Shown in pieces: positions 34,150 through 47,400 of a stretch of DNA of 64,000 bases; the first letter of the stretch is position 1, and each line of letters opens with the position of its first letter. The position numbers and the translations under genes were made by a program. The stretch is from positions 1,484,018-1,548,017 of the forward strand of contig MU057069.1 of NCBI GenBank assembly GCA_013239625.1. Reading direction: 5' to 3'. A model generated the notes under the pieces. That model was not told where the DNA came from. It worked only from the letters and a program-made list of their open reading frames with translations, and made no database searches. This stretch comes from Lama guanicoe. Lineage: Eukaryota.

Positions 34150-37100
34150 GTTGAAAGAGGCTTTGCGCACTTTTGTGACTGCCCTGTCCCTCGAGATTCC
34201 CACCCTCCCTCCTTCTTCCTCAGGTGCTCTATCACTGCATCCATATTCCAGAAACTCATTTCTCAGTTGAGTGTTGAATTCCAGCCGGCTGTAAGAGGGA
34301 GCCGGTAAACTTGGGGGAATTTTTTTTCTTCTCTGTTTCCTTTACAGTAGGAAGCTCTACCCCTTTGAAGTGCTAAGTAGTTGATGAGGGGTGTAAGTGA
34401 AAGGGGAGTTTAAAATATACAAGTATAAGGGGTATACAGGGATAGAGCAAATGGAAAGAGCGTGATTCTCTCAGGAGGACTGGAGTTGAATGTTCCCTTG
34501 CCTGGTTCAACTGTGGGACTCCAGAAAATTGTGCAACCCTCCTGAGCCTTCGTTTGCACAGAGAGCAGGGTGGGCATTGATTTGCACTCACAGAGTAGTG
34601 TGGGCTTCAGTGAGATGACGGATGTAAACTCTTAGCATTGGGCCTGGAACACAGGCTAAGGATGTTGTCACCGTCACCACTGTTAACAGAAAGATGAAGG
34701 TGGCATGAATCTTGTGTCTGGAGAGGGTACACGGGACAGCGGGCCTTTCTGTGCACAGTGGAGGAAAATGCCCTTCCAGGCCCCAGCGTCCATCATCCCT
34801 TAGAAAAGACACTTGGCCACAAGAGAAGGGAGCCTCCTCACTGCCCGTTGGTCAGCAGGCAAGACCCAGGTATGTTCACAGTTTAGTTCAGTTGAGACAA
34901 ATGATTAGAGGACAGAATGAGGTTCTAATGTATCGTCTGTGCTGTTGTGACAAAGTGTGAAAGTGGTTCTCATGACATTCAGTGTTGTCAGTGTTCTTTT
35001 AAAAGTATGTGCCAGGGGTTGGTGGGAGGGAGGGGAACAGAAATTAAACAGTGGAACGAGTGATTAACAGCAGGGGCTGTCCTCGCATGAAGCGGCCCTG
35101 CAGCTCCTTCTGGCTGCTCTGTGAAGTAGCTTTTATCGTCCTTCCCATTTTAGAGATGAGGAGACTGAGGCCCAGAGGAGTGAAAGGACTGCTCTCTGGT
35201 AAGAGGGAGCCAGCATTTCATAGCTGTCGGAATGGATGTTGTCAGGAGGGAGCAGATGCATGGGGACAGGGCTGACCGCAGAAGGCCACCCGGACCTGGC
35301 ACTCAGCCGCCTCGTGGGGACTGTCAGTACTGTCAGGGGTCCGTAGACGTCACAGGAGCCGGGGCCTGACTTCTTTGAGTCTCAGGGCTGTTGGTGAGAG
35401 AAGTGGACCTGTGCCTGGGGACAGAAAAGGAGTCAGGGAGGGGTCCCCTGTCTGAGTGGAACAGAGTGGCTGTGGGGAGCAGGGCAGGAAGGGTTTGGGC
35501 CCAGGATGAAGTCCTGTCCTGGTGGCTGGCATTGAAGACACAGTCTTCAGCTGACGGTGACTTTATGTCTTGCTGGACCTCATTTTCCTCCACAGCCGCC
35601 TGGGGTGTGGACCTAAGTAATTCCGCCCTCCGGCACTCAAGTATTAAAAGCCTTTGGTAGGGAGCCTCCAGGATCAGTAAGGCCCCCACCGAAGGGCCCT
35701 GAGCTGCAGTCCAGGGGTGGGTAGAGCAGCGATCACTCTGCCTCAGGCCTGGGCCTCGGGCGTGTGCTCCTGGCGCTGCGGGTCAAACTTGGGGTCTGCC
35801 TGGTGCCCTGGAAGGTGGTTCCTGAGTGGAGCCCATGGTCAGGGAGGACAAGTGGTAGGTGGTGTGAGGACAGCTTGTTCATCGTGAGTCTCTGAAGCAA
35901 GTCTCCAAGGGGCTCTGTCTTGAAGGCTGTCACGTGGGGCGTCCCTGAGCCAGCTCAGGACGCGCTGCACGTGCTGACCACTCTCCTTGTGTGGCCTGGA
36001 GAATGTTTTCAGGTCCTCCTTTTCAGGAGTAAAGTTTAGATTCATTGGGAGGAGATGGTCGGTGAGTAGTTGGCAAATTCTGACCAGACAATTGAGGGAG
36101 GCAGGGGCGACCATCGGTTCTCCTCACGGTTCCGTGCAGGACTGGGAGGTGTTGGACCTACACTGCTTCCTGGGGCCCCCCTCCCTGCAAAGGCCGTGGG
36201 CTTGACTGCCCGGCTTGTTCCAGGAGTAGTTAGTTTAGTCCGGCCCTCCGGTTGCCACGACAACTCACTGGCCCCTTTGCTTCAGTGTTTATTTAGTCTT
36301 CCCAGCCCTGAGAGGGAGGGAGAGCCTGGACAGGAACTTACAACTGGTAAGCACCTGCAGTCTGCAGACTGGGAACCGGCGCTCGTTTAACCCTCACATC
36401 CCTTAATTATCTGAGTGTGATTATTTGTTCTGCCGCTTCTGAGAAAGTTGAGGCTCCAGGAGGGACTCGTGCAAAGGACTCGTGTCAAGGGACTTGTGCA
36501 AAGTCAAAGCCAGAGGTAAGCCAAGAACGCGCCCCTGACCCGGGCTCACCCTGTGCTTCCACGAGCATCCTGTGCAGCAGGCTCCGCCAGTCAGGGTCGT
36601 CGGGACCTGGGGAGCTCATCGGAGCAGAGGTTGGGGTGGGTGGCTGTAGGCTGGGGCGCAGCCCTCTGTGCGGCCGGCCGCTGGGGCCCGAGGCTGCTGG
36701 CACTGTGGGCCGGAGACCCCACTGTGAGGTCTGTTGCTCTAGATGAAAAGTCTGCTTCATTTTCGTGTTTCTTCAAACACGAAATGTGGGTTTCTTCTGG
36801 ACAGACTGTAAGTGTGATTATTTAGAACTCATTCCTTCACGCAGGGGCTCTGTGTTGGCTCTCTGTGTTTCCCGAGTGAAGCATTTGCCGGGACGTTCGG
36901 TCTAGAAAGGGGCTGGAGACAAGGACCTAAATCAGATGAGGGAGAGAGGGTTGGCATGAGAGTGGACAGACGGATGGGGAAGGAGACCGTGACAGAAGGG
37001 CTGGCCTCAGTGGCGGTGGTAACGGGGTTTTGCTCTTTCGGCGCTCAGGGCTGTGTTAGCGCGTGCCCCAGGCTGAGGTGGCGCCCTGTGCATCCTGTGG

Positions 37101-38699
37101 GCCTTTAATTGTCACAGCAGCACCAAGTCGGGTTCTGTCACTGTCTCCCCTCTGCAGACGGGGACCCTGAGGCAGTGAGAGGGCCACGGCAGCAGGAGTT
37201 GGAGCCCAGCGTTCTGGCCGGAGCCTGTGCTGTGAGGCTGTGCCACCCTCAGCCTGGGGCGAGGGCGATGAGGGCAGAGGTGGACGAGAGTCTTGAGGGC
37301 TGTCTGGGCAGAGACAGCAGCTGGAGCAGAGGCTGGGGGTTGGGGTCGGGGTAGGGGGCTGACGCCCAGCCCGGGCAGCTGTGAGAGGCCGGGCGGATAG
37401 GCACCAGGCCTGACCGAGGAGGGCTGCAGGTGTTGGCCCAGGGGTTCGGGCTCTTTCATCGTCCGTACTGGGGAGCCAAGAAAGAGTCCTGGGGAGGGGA
37501 GTGGCACAGGTGTTACAGAGGCAGGGAAACTGCCCCTTGGCAGCCACCAAAAGGCCATTCTTCTCTCTTGCCATCCAAGCCCCCACCTGTGCAGAATGGG
37601 GGTCCTACGGGAGGTCAGCCCCAGGCAGCACCACTCCCCTGAAGCCCTGGGGAGGCTCCCCCTCTGTGAGGCCGGGTCAGAGGTGAGGAGGTGCTGGGAC
37701 AGGTTGTAAAATAAATGCATGTCCCCACTGGTCAGCCTGCTCCTCAGAGCCTGGCCGCTGGCTGCGGAGGGTGAGGAGGGGTGCCACTGCTTGGAGGGGG
37801 CTATGGGGCTCCTAAAAATTCCCATAGACCTCTGCTTTTAAAAAACAACGCGTGCTTATGTAGAAAACTTAGCAAATATACAAAAATGCGAAGAAGAGGA
37901 ATCACTGTGACGTGCTTTCTCCCAAGCTCATTGAGATTCTCGGCATTTCACGGAGCCCGGGGAATAAGAGGAACCCACCCCCACTTTCTCATGCTTGGCG
38001 GTGCAGCCTTGTGTGAGCACATTTCTGTGTGACACGCCTGCTTTTGGGGGCGGTGGGTATCAGGTGAGGAAGGGGGTATAAATGCAGGCCTGGGGGCAGT
38101 AGTTAAGCACATTGCTCTCCACCTAGCAGGTGAATCTCTCAGACGTCTTAGGCTCACCCAGCAGTCTGAAAAGGTATAAATAACATGCAGACTTTGTTTA
38201 GCTGACCCAGCTTGCTGCGGCTGGAACACAGGCCTTTTAAAACCCAGTCTCAGCTTGGGTGCCTCTCTCGTGTTCCTCCGGTCTTCCTGAGCTAGAGGAC
38301 TCTTTGATCTTGTCCGTCCAGTGACCGCACCTGCTGTGTTGTCAGCACTCGCCCCCTCCTCCAGGCAGCCTTCCTAGACCACCCTGTTTGCGATGCAGAA
38401 GCTCCTCTCCGAGCTCAGTATGTTGTCCAGATCGTGCTTGGCTCCTCCCTCGCCCTCCATCTTGTGTGACGACCAGCAGGAGGATACTGCAGTCCCCATA
38501 GGGTCCTGCGCTCACACCTGCTGTCCCCTTGCCTGCTGTCTCCTGTTGGTGTTGATCTCGTGTCTGGCCTGGCTTGTTGCCTCATCTTCCTCAGGGCAGA
38601 CTGTGCCCCTCCTGGCTTCCTGTGACCTTTGGGGCCCGTGCCGGAGTCTGCCCTGCCCGGCTGTTCACTCCAAGGGTTCCTTTCTGTCAGTCTTATTTT

Positions 38700-39370
38700 T
38701 GAGCATCCACCTCTCGGAGCTGAGAAGGAGAACCATGGCGGCCGGGCTGTGTGCCCCCTCATCTCACTCAGGCTGCGCCGTCGGGGTGTCGTGCGGTCCA
38801 TCTGTGGACACTGGCATTGCTTCCACCTTTCGGCTGTGGGAATAGCGCTGCTGTAAACTGGAGTGTGCAGATATCCCATGTTTGTGCTCACGCCCTTGCC
38901 TTCAGGCCTTTTTCACATCCCCAGGGGTGCACTGACTGGCTCACAAGCTCACTCCGTTCCTGGTGTTTTGAGGAAGAGCCACCACACTGCTGCCCGCAGC
39001 GCTGCAGCGTTCTGCGTCCCGCGAGCAGTGCACGGGCCCAGGGCCTCCTCGTCCTTGCCGCACTCATCCTTGGCTTCTCTTTGGTAGGGGCCGTCCCGTG
39101 GGTGTGACGTGCTGTCTCGCCCTCTCACGTGCGTGTTGGCCGTTTGTGTGTCTGTGGAGAAGCGTCCGTTCAAGCCCTTTGCACACGTTAGAACCAGGTT
39201 GCTGTGCTTGGCTGCTGCGCTAGGAGTTCTCTCTGCGTTTGGATGTTAATCCCTCGTTGGGGATGAGGTTTGCAAACACTGCTCCTCTGGGGGTCGCCTT
39301 TGGGCTCTGTTGACCGGGCCCTTTGGGGGGCCCAGTGCATCCCTGTGCCTTTGGTGTTCTGCCTTCTTTT
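38700..39370 (-). mobile_element. Degenerate ancient L1 fragment
   Basis: Antisense L1-like text (ttgcttccacctttcggctgtgggaatagcgctgctgtaaac; ggagaagcgtccgttcaagcccttt; ggtttgcaaacact), strongly GC-shifted. Confidence 0.5.
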
Positions 39371-40494
39371 CAGGGGAGTCCCACGTGGGCCCTGAAGACA
39401 CGGGGCGGGGCTGGCAGTGCTGGTGCACGTGGCTGCCCTGCAGGTGCTCGATTAAGGCCCGAGCTCATGGCATTGTCCCCACCAAGGCCCGCGACAGCCC
39501 TGCCATCACTCACATTTACAGAGTAGACACCCAGGTTGGAGGGTAGGAACCTTTCCGGAGGCCTGTGGCTAACAGGGGCCCAGGATGGATCTGAACCCAG
39601 GTCTGGGGACACCAGAGCCAATGCCCCTAACCACGAAACCGGGAGAGAATTCAGTTATTATTTGTGGAATTGAGTGAATGAACTTGGTGGCTGAAAATCT
39701 GGGTGGTAGTTGCCTCAGATTCAGATCTGCCTCCAAGCTCTATGCTGCTCAGCCAGTTCCTGTCCTCCGAGTGTAGCTCAGTGCATGGTGTCCCTCCGTC
39801 CCCACTACCCGACCCCGGTTCTGAGACTCTGGGGAAAGGTGTGCTTTCTTATGCGTACTGCAGCCCTGGGCAGAGGCAGACCTGCGTGTGTTCCTTTCTG
39901 GGTGTGCTTCAGAGCTGCAGGGCTGGAAGGAGACAGCAGGGGCTTAAACAGATGCTGAGGTCTCCAGGTGACCAGTTTGCTTTCCAAACGTGACCAACTG
40001 CCGTTTTCATCGTGAATGAGGCACAGGCCTTGTAGTCTGGGAGGCAAGTCAAAAATCCTGTTTCGGGTTTTGGGTTAAAATGGACTGTGATGGAGACACC
40101 GCCTCCTGCACGTCAGCGTGCCAGGCTGCAAGTCTGAGCGCTGGGGCCGGGTCTGGCTGCGGGACAGGGAGCCGCTGGGCTCCTTGCTGCGCCTCAGAGG
40201 AGACGTCACAGACGTCCTCTCCTGCCCCTGGCACGTCGTCATCCAAGTGGAGTAGGAGGCTCGACAAGTGGTGTCGCCTGGTGTTGGAAAGCGGAATGTG
40301 CTGGTGGCTTCCAGAGTGAGAGTCCCACCCGTGAGCTCTGGAAGTTCTTAAGCCGGTAGTTGAAGGCATCACTGAATTCTAGCTGGGGGGCTTAGTGGCA
40401 CTGGGTCCGCAGCCCTCCCCGTTGCAGGTGGGGAACCCGAGGCCCAGAGAGGTCAGGCACGTGCTGTTTTCCCCCCGACAACGCTCCTGACACC

Positions 40495-40700
40495 GAATGT
40501 GTGGGTTTTTCTGGACACCAGCCAACTGTGACGCCAACCGGTGTCCTGCAATCCCGTTCTGACCTAACTGCCCGAGTTCTCACAGGTGGCGGTGGCTGTG
40601 AATTGGGGGTTCCCATGACTCCCTCCCGTTTGGTAATTGGCTGGAACGGCTCCCAAAATGGGAGAACACCTTACTCCTGTTTACGGCCTTGGTGGTGTCT
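40495..40700 (-). mobile_element. LTR fragment (MER21/MER77-like), antisense
   Basis: gtgtgggtttttc...caccagccaa...ggtgtcctgcaat...ttgggggttcccatgactccctcc...ttggtaattggctggaacggctc. Confidence 0.45.
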
Positions 40701-41210
40701 GGGCCCAGCCCCCCATCACCCCGTTAGCACACAAGACACTCCTGGCTCTGGGTGTCCCGGGGTTCAGGACTGCGTGCTGGGCCGGGGGATGAACATCACG
40801 TGTCCGTTTCTTCCTGCATCATAGCGGGCGCTGTGCCAAGTCCCCAGCGAGTCACCCACACAGCGTCCTCCCTGAGCCGGATGCCAGCCGCTGGGACGCT
40901 GGGAGACTGGCCTGAAGACTGTCAGTCGCACGCAGTCCACCTGCTCCCAGGACGTGGCTGACCCCCGGTGTTCTGGCCGGTGCAGTCAGTTCACAGACTT
41001 GTCTTGGGGTGTCCCTGTTCCCCTGCAAGCCTCAGGGGCCGGGCTCTGGGTGGTCACATCCCCTGGTTACTCCTGGGACGAGGGCAGCATCAGCACCTCA
41101 AGTTCATTTCTGCACCCGAAGCTTAAGGCCTGGGTCAGAGCGGCTTTGAGTTTTTCTTCCGGCCTTTACCCTCCTTAGGAGATTTGACTGTCTTTTGAAC
41201 CGGTTCATGA

Positions 41211-41241
41211 GTGTGTGTGTTGTGTGTGTGTGTGTGTGTGT
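41211..41241. repeat. (TG)n microsatellite, one interruption
   Basis: gtgtgtgtgt tgtgtgtgtgtgtgtgtgtgt. Confidence 0.9.
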
Positions 41242-42267
41242 AATTTATACCTTTGCCTCCTCGTGTACTTCTCACTGGGGCGCGCGTGTTCGTAGTGAGA
41301 TGCGGCCGTCTGAGCGGGGACGCCCCTGCGCTGCCCGGGTGACCTGGGACGTCCTCTCCTGCCCCTTCCCTCCCGTCAGCCCCAGCCCTGCCCTGCTCAG
41401 CCCGTCGCCCAGGCTGCTTCTGCTTGCCCTCAGGGCTCCTGTCAGCCGAGTCGCGCAGGGGGTGCTCCTTTGGGCTCAACACCAGAAGTGTTTGAGGGCG
41501 CCTCCTGCCTCCTTCCACCAGGCTTTCTTTTCCCCGCTGCCGTCCTGAGAGGTCGTGTCGTCTGGGGACCCGCTGGCCCCTGAGCTGCTGTGGGTGAGCA
41601 GCGAGGCCCTAGGCCCGGGGCTGCTGTGCGGCCTGCGGCGCATGACTCCTGAGGACTCGGGGAGGCCGTCCTGGGGGCTGTTTCTGTAGTTGTGGGTGTC
41701 ATGTCCTGTCTCTTGTCCACTGGTTGCACACTCAGGTGCAGCCACCACCCCCGTCCTTCTCCAGAATGTTCCTCATCTTACAGGGCTGAGACTGTCCCTG
41801 TGGAACAGCGACTCCTCTCCCCTCACCCCCGGCACCACCATCGTACTTTCTATCTCCGTCGGTTTGATGACCCCGGGGACCTCATGCATGTGGAATCCTG
41901 CAGGGTTCGTCCTTTGTGACTGGCTGATGTCCTCCAGGGTCACCCATGTTGGAGCATCCCAAGAGGCCTTCAGTTTCAAAACTTGATGGGCTTGGGGTGA
42001 GATGGTGCCCGCCTCAGAGCCCCACCAAGGGCAGGTTGGAGGCGGAGAAGGGGGCCAGCCCGTGGGGCCTGGCCTCTGCGAGAGAGAAGCAGGCCCTCCT
42101 GGGGGCAGAGGGGGGAGCCACGTCTGGGTCAGAGGGGCCTCCTCACCCCAGGGCCTCCCCACCCCTGGGGCCACCTTCTCTTGGGTCCTAAAAATTACAC
42201 CGTGAGAAACATATGAAGTGAAAGCAGCGTGCATACACATTCTCGTTTAAAAACTCAGACAACGCAG

Positions 42268-42372
42268 GGTCGTGGGTTCAACCCCAGTACCTCCATTAAA
42301 TAAACAAACAAGCAAACAAACAAACCTAATGACCTCTCCGCCTAAATTTTTTTGAAAATTAAGAGCTAAAAA
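42268..42372 (+). mobile_element. 5'-truncated tRNA-derived SINE (Vic-1-like, long-tail form)
   Basis: ggtcgtgggttcaaccccagtacctccattaaataaacaaac...aaacctaatgacctc; CAACGCAG is repeated on both flanks (42260, 42378), consistent with a partial TSD. Confidence 0.7.
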
Positions 42373-43787
42373 TGAGGCAACGCAGACAGAGGTCTACCTA
42401 GAATGCGAGGCCCCCTCCCTGCCCCCCGGGAACCTGTCAGCTGCTCAGCGTGGTCCTGGCTCCACGAAGCCTCTGGTGTAACAGGATCCGACTGATCCAC
42501 CGACCGTGGGCCTCACTTCGCACCTCGCCTTCGTCTGCTGATCTTTCCCTGGGTGACACACCTTTCACGCAGCCTTTCTCCTGGAGTGGGGGATTGTCCT
42601 TAAATAGTGCCGTGGCAGCGTGTCTGTGCGTGTACACATTTCTGTGGGTTAAGTTCCTAGGGGTGAAAACCTGGGCCAGACGGTAGCATTTGAAGCTTTA
42701 TAGAGATGCCAGACCCTCCGCAGCAGAGCCAGGAGCACCCACCCTCACCCCCATCACGGCAGTGCGCCCCTGGGAGGGGGGCTGTTTGGCTGTGGGGGTC
42801 CTGGCTCCCTGATGAAGGGCATCTCCGAGATGTGCAGATTCATGTGCCTTCCCTGCACATGGGCTCGGCCTGGGTTTCTTGGATGTCGCAGTCGCCACAC
42901 GCACCCCCTCCCCTCAGCTCGAAGCCTCACTCTGCAGTCGTGGGTTCCCTGGGTGAGGACAGTGGAGGCTCTGTTAGGAGGCTGTGTCTGAGTGAGGTGG
43001 CCTCTGAGCCCCGCCTCTTGGGAGGGGGCTGTGCTGACAGAGGCCAGGGCAGGAGAGTGCCCGAGGTGGGCGGGGTGCCCAGAAGCCAGAGCCGCGTCCC
43101 CCCAAGCTGTGCTCCGAGCCTCTCCTGCCTCGGCCCCAGTCCTGCTGCTCTTGTGCTGACGAGACAGCCAGCCTTGGCGGAGCCTGGGATGACAACGGGA
43201 TCCCCCTGGAATGACCTCTTTTCTGTTTCATTGCGTTTTTGTTACTTTGGATTGATGCCAAGTGAAGTTTGCAGGGGTGAACGGGCGCTTTGTAGCCCAG
43301 CGCTCCCAGCTCCCTGGGAGCTCCCAGGGCCCGCCCCCACACCAGGGCCTCCATCCTGCCGAGCTGGGCCCTCCTGGAGGGCCTCCCACCCTGCGCTTTC
43401 CACTCTGGAGCACCTTTTTCTCATTTGCTTGGAGCTCTGTGGGCTGGCTGGAGAGCCGGGGCCTTTCCCTGCTGGGCTCCACGCCCCCCAGGGCAGGGGC
43501 TGGGGGCGTCTGTGCTGGTGTCCACAGTGGGCGGTCGGGGGATGAAGTGTGGCCCTGCGGAGCCTGGCCACAGCTCCCTGTCTCTGAGCCTCGGGACAAC
43601 TCCATGCCCCAGGGGCTTGTTTGAAGCTCAAACTGGACAATGCAAGTAAAGCACTTGACTCTCTGAAAGTTCTGTCCTCCCTCGTAACCGTTTCTGAAAT
43701 GAGGGAACTATGAATTTGGGTAGTATATACTGGGAAGGGTACATACAAGTGTTTAAAAAAATGGAACAAAAATTTTTGTTTATTTTA

Positions 43788-43880
43788 GAATTATTTGTTT
43801 TAATGGCAGCACTGTGGATTGAACCCAGGACCTCATGCATGCTAAGCACTGCTCTACCCCTGAGCTCTACCCTCCCCCCG
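43788..43880 (-). mobile_element. tRNA-Ala-derived SINE (Vic-1-like) with 12-bp target-site duplication
   Basis: Reverse complement of GGGAGGGTAGAGCTCAGGGGTAGAGCAGTGCTTAGCATGCATGAGGTCCTGGGTTCAATCC; perfect TTGTTTATTTTA at 43776-43787 and 43881-43892. Confidence 0.85.
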
Positions 43881-44039
43881 TTGTTTATTTTAACAGTCTG
43901 ACCCCTGGTGCTGCAGAAAATAAAAAGCAAGTTACCATGTGTGCTTTCTGGACAGAACAAAAACTTTGAAATCAGACAAACCTCAGTTTGAGCTGCAGCC
44001 TCACCTGTAAAATGGGTCTAATAGTCCTGCATTTTAAAG

Positions 44040-44404
44040 TGTGTGTCCGGGCACGAAGTGAGGTGTTTCACGGGCTGTGGCGGTGAAAGACTGCAGACCG
44101 GGCAAACAGCAAACAACAGCGCTGACCCCTCGCAGCTTTGGGGGCCGGTGTCCCAGGTCGAGGTGTTGGCGGCTGGTTTCTCTTGGGGCCTCTCTTTGTC
44201 GCGCCGACGGCAGCCTGCTTCTGTTTGCCTGCCTCCCGCTGTCCCTGGTGTCCAGGTTCCTCCCGCGAGGACAGCAGTCAGGTGTGTGAGGGCCTCCTGT
44301 CTAACGGCCTCATCTGACCTTGCTCACGTCTTCAGGGAGCCTCCCTCCCAGTGCAGTCACATTCAGCATGTGGGTTTGTGGGGCCCACAGTTTAGCCCAT
44401 AACA
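44040..44404 (-). mobile_element. MaLR LTR (MLT1-like)
   Basis: aaacaacag...cagctttgggggc...aggtgttggcgg...gtcacattc...cacagtttagcccataaca, the typical MLT1 terminus. Confidence 0.55.
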
Positions 44405-47400
44405 CCGGCCAGACAGAGCTCTGGGGTGGTGGCCAGCCGTTCCGGGGCAGGTGGTACGCGGTCTGTGCGGTTGTCCTGAGAGCCAGCAGTGCTGTTCCTG
44501 TCCCCGTCCCCCTAGCCCCCAGGCACTGCCCGTGACTATTCAAGCAGTACAATCCACTGGCTTAGAGAGCAAGCCAGGCCTCCTTCCACTTCCGGACCCT
44601 CGGTACCAGCGAATCGCCAGTGACACATTCAGGAAAGCTCAGGCTTGACTTTATAAAGTTAGCCAAGGATGGCACTTTAAATGTGTAAGATCCAAGTGGA
44701 AAGGAGTCCAAACGGAGTATGAATAAACGTTGAGTTTGGGGAAAGTACAACACGCCGTGAAGGAAGCCAGACCCAAAGCTGCGTGCCCTGCCATCCCGCT
44801 GCTGCGCCGAGTGCAGGCCAGGCCGGTGCGTGTGCGGGGCCTGGGGTGAGGGCTGGGAAGTGACTGCACTGGGGCCGGGCTTCTTCCTGGGGTCATGAAG
44901 GTTCTGGAATTAGAGCGGTCATGGTTACTGAGGCCTGGTGGTGGCTGCTGAAGCCCACTGAGTTGTGCACTGAAAGGGGAGCTTCAGGGGGTGTGGATTC
45001 TCTCCCAATAAAGCTGTTAGGAAACACTGAGTTAGGGCCGTGGCGGTGGTGTGCTTAGGGGAGTGGCTTCCGAGTCTGTCTTCCAAGTTTTCTGTAGTTC
45101 CTCTTTTGTAAGTGGAAAACCCCAAAGTCCTCCACGTCAGGAAGGTGACTGGGGATCTCGTGCTGTGTGGCGCTGAGTTAGAGCCAGGCAAAGAAAACTT
45201 CCGTGGAGTATTAAGAGGTCACTTTTGCTCCTGAAATGTCAACACTGAGTACGACGTACAAGCCAGAGAGAAGACGGGTATGTGCGTGATGTCGCTTGAC
45301 CCGGGCCTCCTGAGTGCAGGCCTGTGGCAGAATCCGCCCTCTCTCCTCCGATGGAGTCCATGTTTGTCACGCACTTTCACAGCCCGTTCCTTCCCAGTGC
45401 CACACCGTCGTCAGCCCCGTACCAAGAGACAAGTAATTCATCGTGGAACGCATGTGTGTGAGATGCTGCTGGCCGCCCTCGCTTCCAGGTGGACCGTTTC
45501 TGCCCCATTTGTAGCCGTGTTTGTCCTGGAGGCACCATTTCTTGGCTCATGACGTGAAATCATCTTTGAAAGGAAAGTTAAAGACTCTCGAATTACCTTT
45601 CTCTGCTTTAAATCCACCCTTTGGTATTTGCAAAGGTCAGACGAGCTATTTCGGCGTCCACGGCCTTGATTAATGGGGAGCCGGATGTTCCCATTGGCCC
45701 CCGAGAATGAAGGATTGCCACGGGGCGGCAGCATCTGCCATCACATCGAGCGCGGAGCTGGGACTCTTAGGAGGTAGCCGGCCCATGAAAGATGCAGGCG
45801 GAGGGATGCCTCGGGCGCGGCCCTGTTCACCCGCCACCGGAGAGCTCGCAGGCGCCTCCCAGAGCGTCCCCCGAGAGCGTGTGTCCCACCCCCCACCCGG
45901 CCTTGCCGCTAAGAGTCTAACACTGAAGCGCGGTGCCTCTGTCCTGAGAGGTGCCTGGGCTTGTCTGTGTTCTGCGCTCACCCCTCCACACTGGGGATGT
46001 GGTTTTATTCTAAGTTAAATAAAAATCATTGTGTTGGTGCCTAGATCTTCGCGGGGAAAATAATGAATACACGTCTCGGTCCCCACGCAGGAGCAGATGG
46101 TCTGCGTCAGTTCATTCTGTGACCTTTCTTTGCTTCGAAGACAGAGTCTGATCCCATGGATCATAGCTGTTCTTTCGGTTCGCAGACCCGGAGGTCACAG
46201 GAGCGCCAGGCTGTCGCCATCCTTTTCCATTTGTCTGGAGCCTTCAACCGGAGACCAGTGTGGCATTCTCAGCCTGCGGGAGCCGGGGCCTTCTGGGCAC
46301 GTGAAGGGAGCCCTCTGCCCCGCGTCCTGCTGTCCTCACCTGTCCACTCACCGGGCAGCCACTTCGCTGCCCTGTGGGGGCAGGCACAGCCCCTGTGAAG
46401 CCTGCCCACCGAGGGCCGCAGGTTTAAAGTACACTAGCGACAAGGGCCAGCTGTGCTGCTGGGGAGCCACATGGGGGCCTCTCCTGGCCCCAGAGCCCAC
46501 GTTCCCATCAGGAGGCAGACAGAAACAAGAGCCGTGCGGGGGCCCCGATAACAGCGGGCATGCGCTGTGCTGGGGTAGAGCGAGGAGGTGGCCCTGCCGC
46601 TGTCCTACGGGAGGGCGGGGGTTGGGCTGGGAAGTGAGGACCTTGCAGAAGAGACAGCTGGGCGCAGTCCTGGGACCTGGAGCAGGTGGGGGCAGCGAGG
46701 GCCGGTAGTGAGTCACCCTGGGAGTCAGGCTGACAGATACAGACGCTGCCTGGAGTTGAGGGGAGCTTGGGAGGTTTTTAACACGCAGGGGACTATGTGA
46801 CCGTTTCTGTTCAGGGAAGGTCATCCAGGCACATGGAAGAGGGCTGCGGAAGTGATGCCAGCGGTGGAGAGGTCCCGACCCTGAGAGCCGGCCGAGAGGG
46901 CACCCGGCCCACCCGGCCCTCCTCCCCTGTTTCATTCCCACATCCTCCTTCCGATCACCCAGAGCCTCTCCATGGCCCAGTCCCGCGTCCCTGTTGAGAT
47001 GGCCCAGCACTGTCCAGGCTGCCCAGCTCACCCTCCCTGGCCCCCTGCAGCAGCCGGAGCCCTGGCGCTCAGTGGAGGCCACCTTGCTCCCAAACCCCTG
47101 GCAGGGCTGGACCCTCAGGAGGGAGGAGGGAGGGTGGAGTGATTACGGTGGGTGGGGCAGGGGCTCAGAACTGGAGGACGGAACACACCTGGTCTGAGCC
47201 CCTCATCCACCTCACGCAGGCTCCAGGAGACTGGGAGGGGTTTTGTTTTACTCTTTATTGCGAGAGCTTCAGACAGAAGCAAGAGCAGGGAAAACGCAGT
47301 AACGAGCTGCTGGGGCCCGTGACTCTGCCTCCGCTCCCCTCACTCTCTGGCCAGCCCAGGCTGCTCCGCCACGGCCTCCCCACCTCGCTGGTTTGGAGCT

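Noticed and set aside
40049-40372. Possible processed pseudogene fragment (coding-like ORFs on both strands)
   Set aside because: No recognisable homology, poly(A) tail or TSD.
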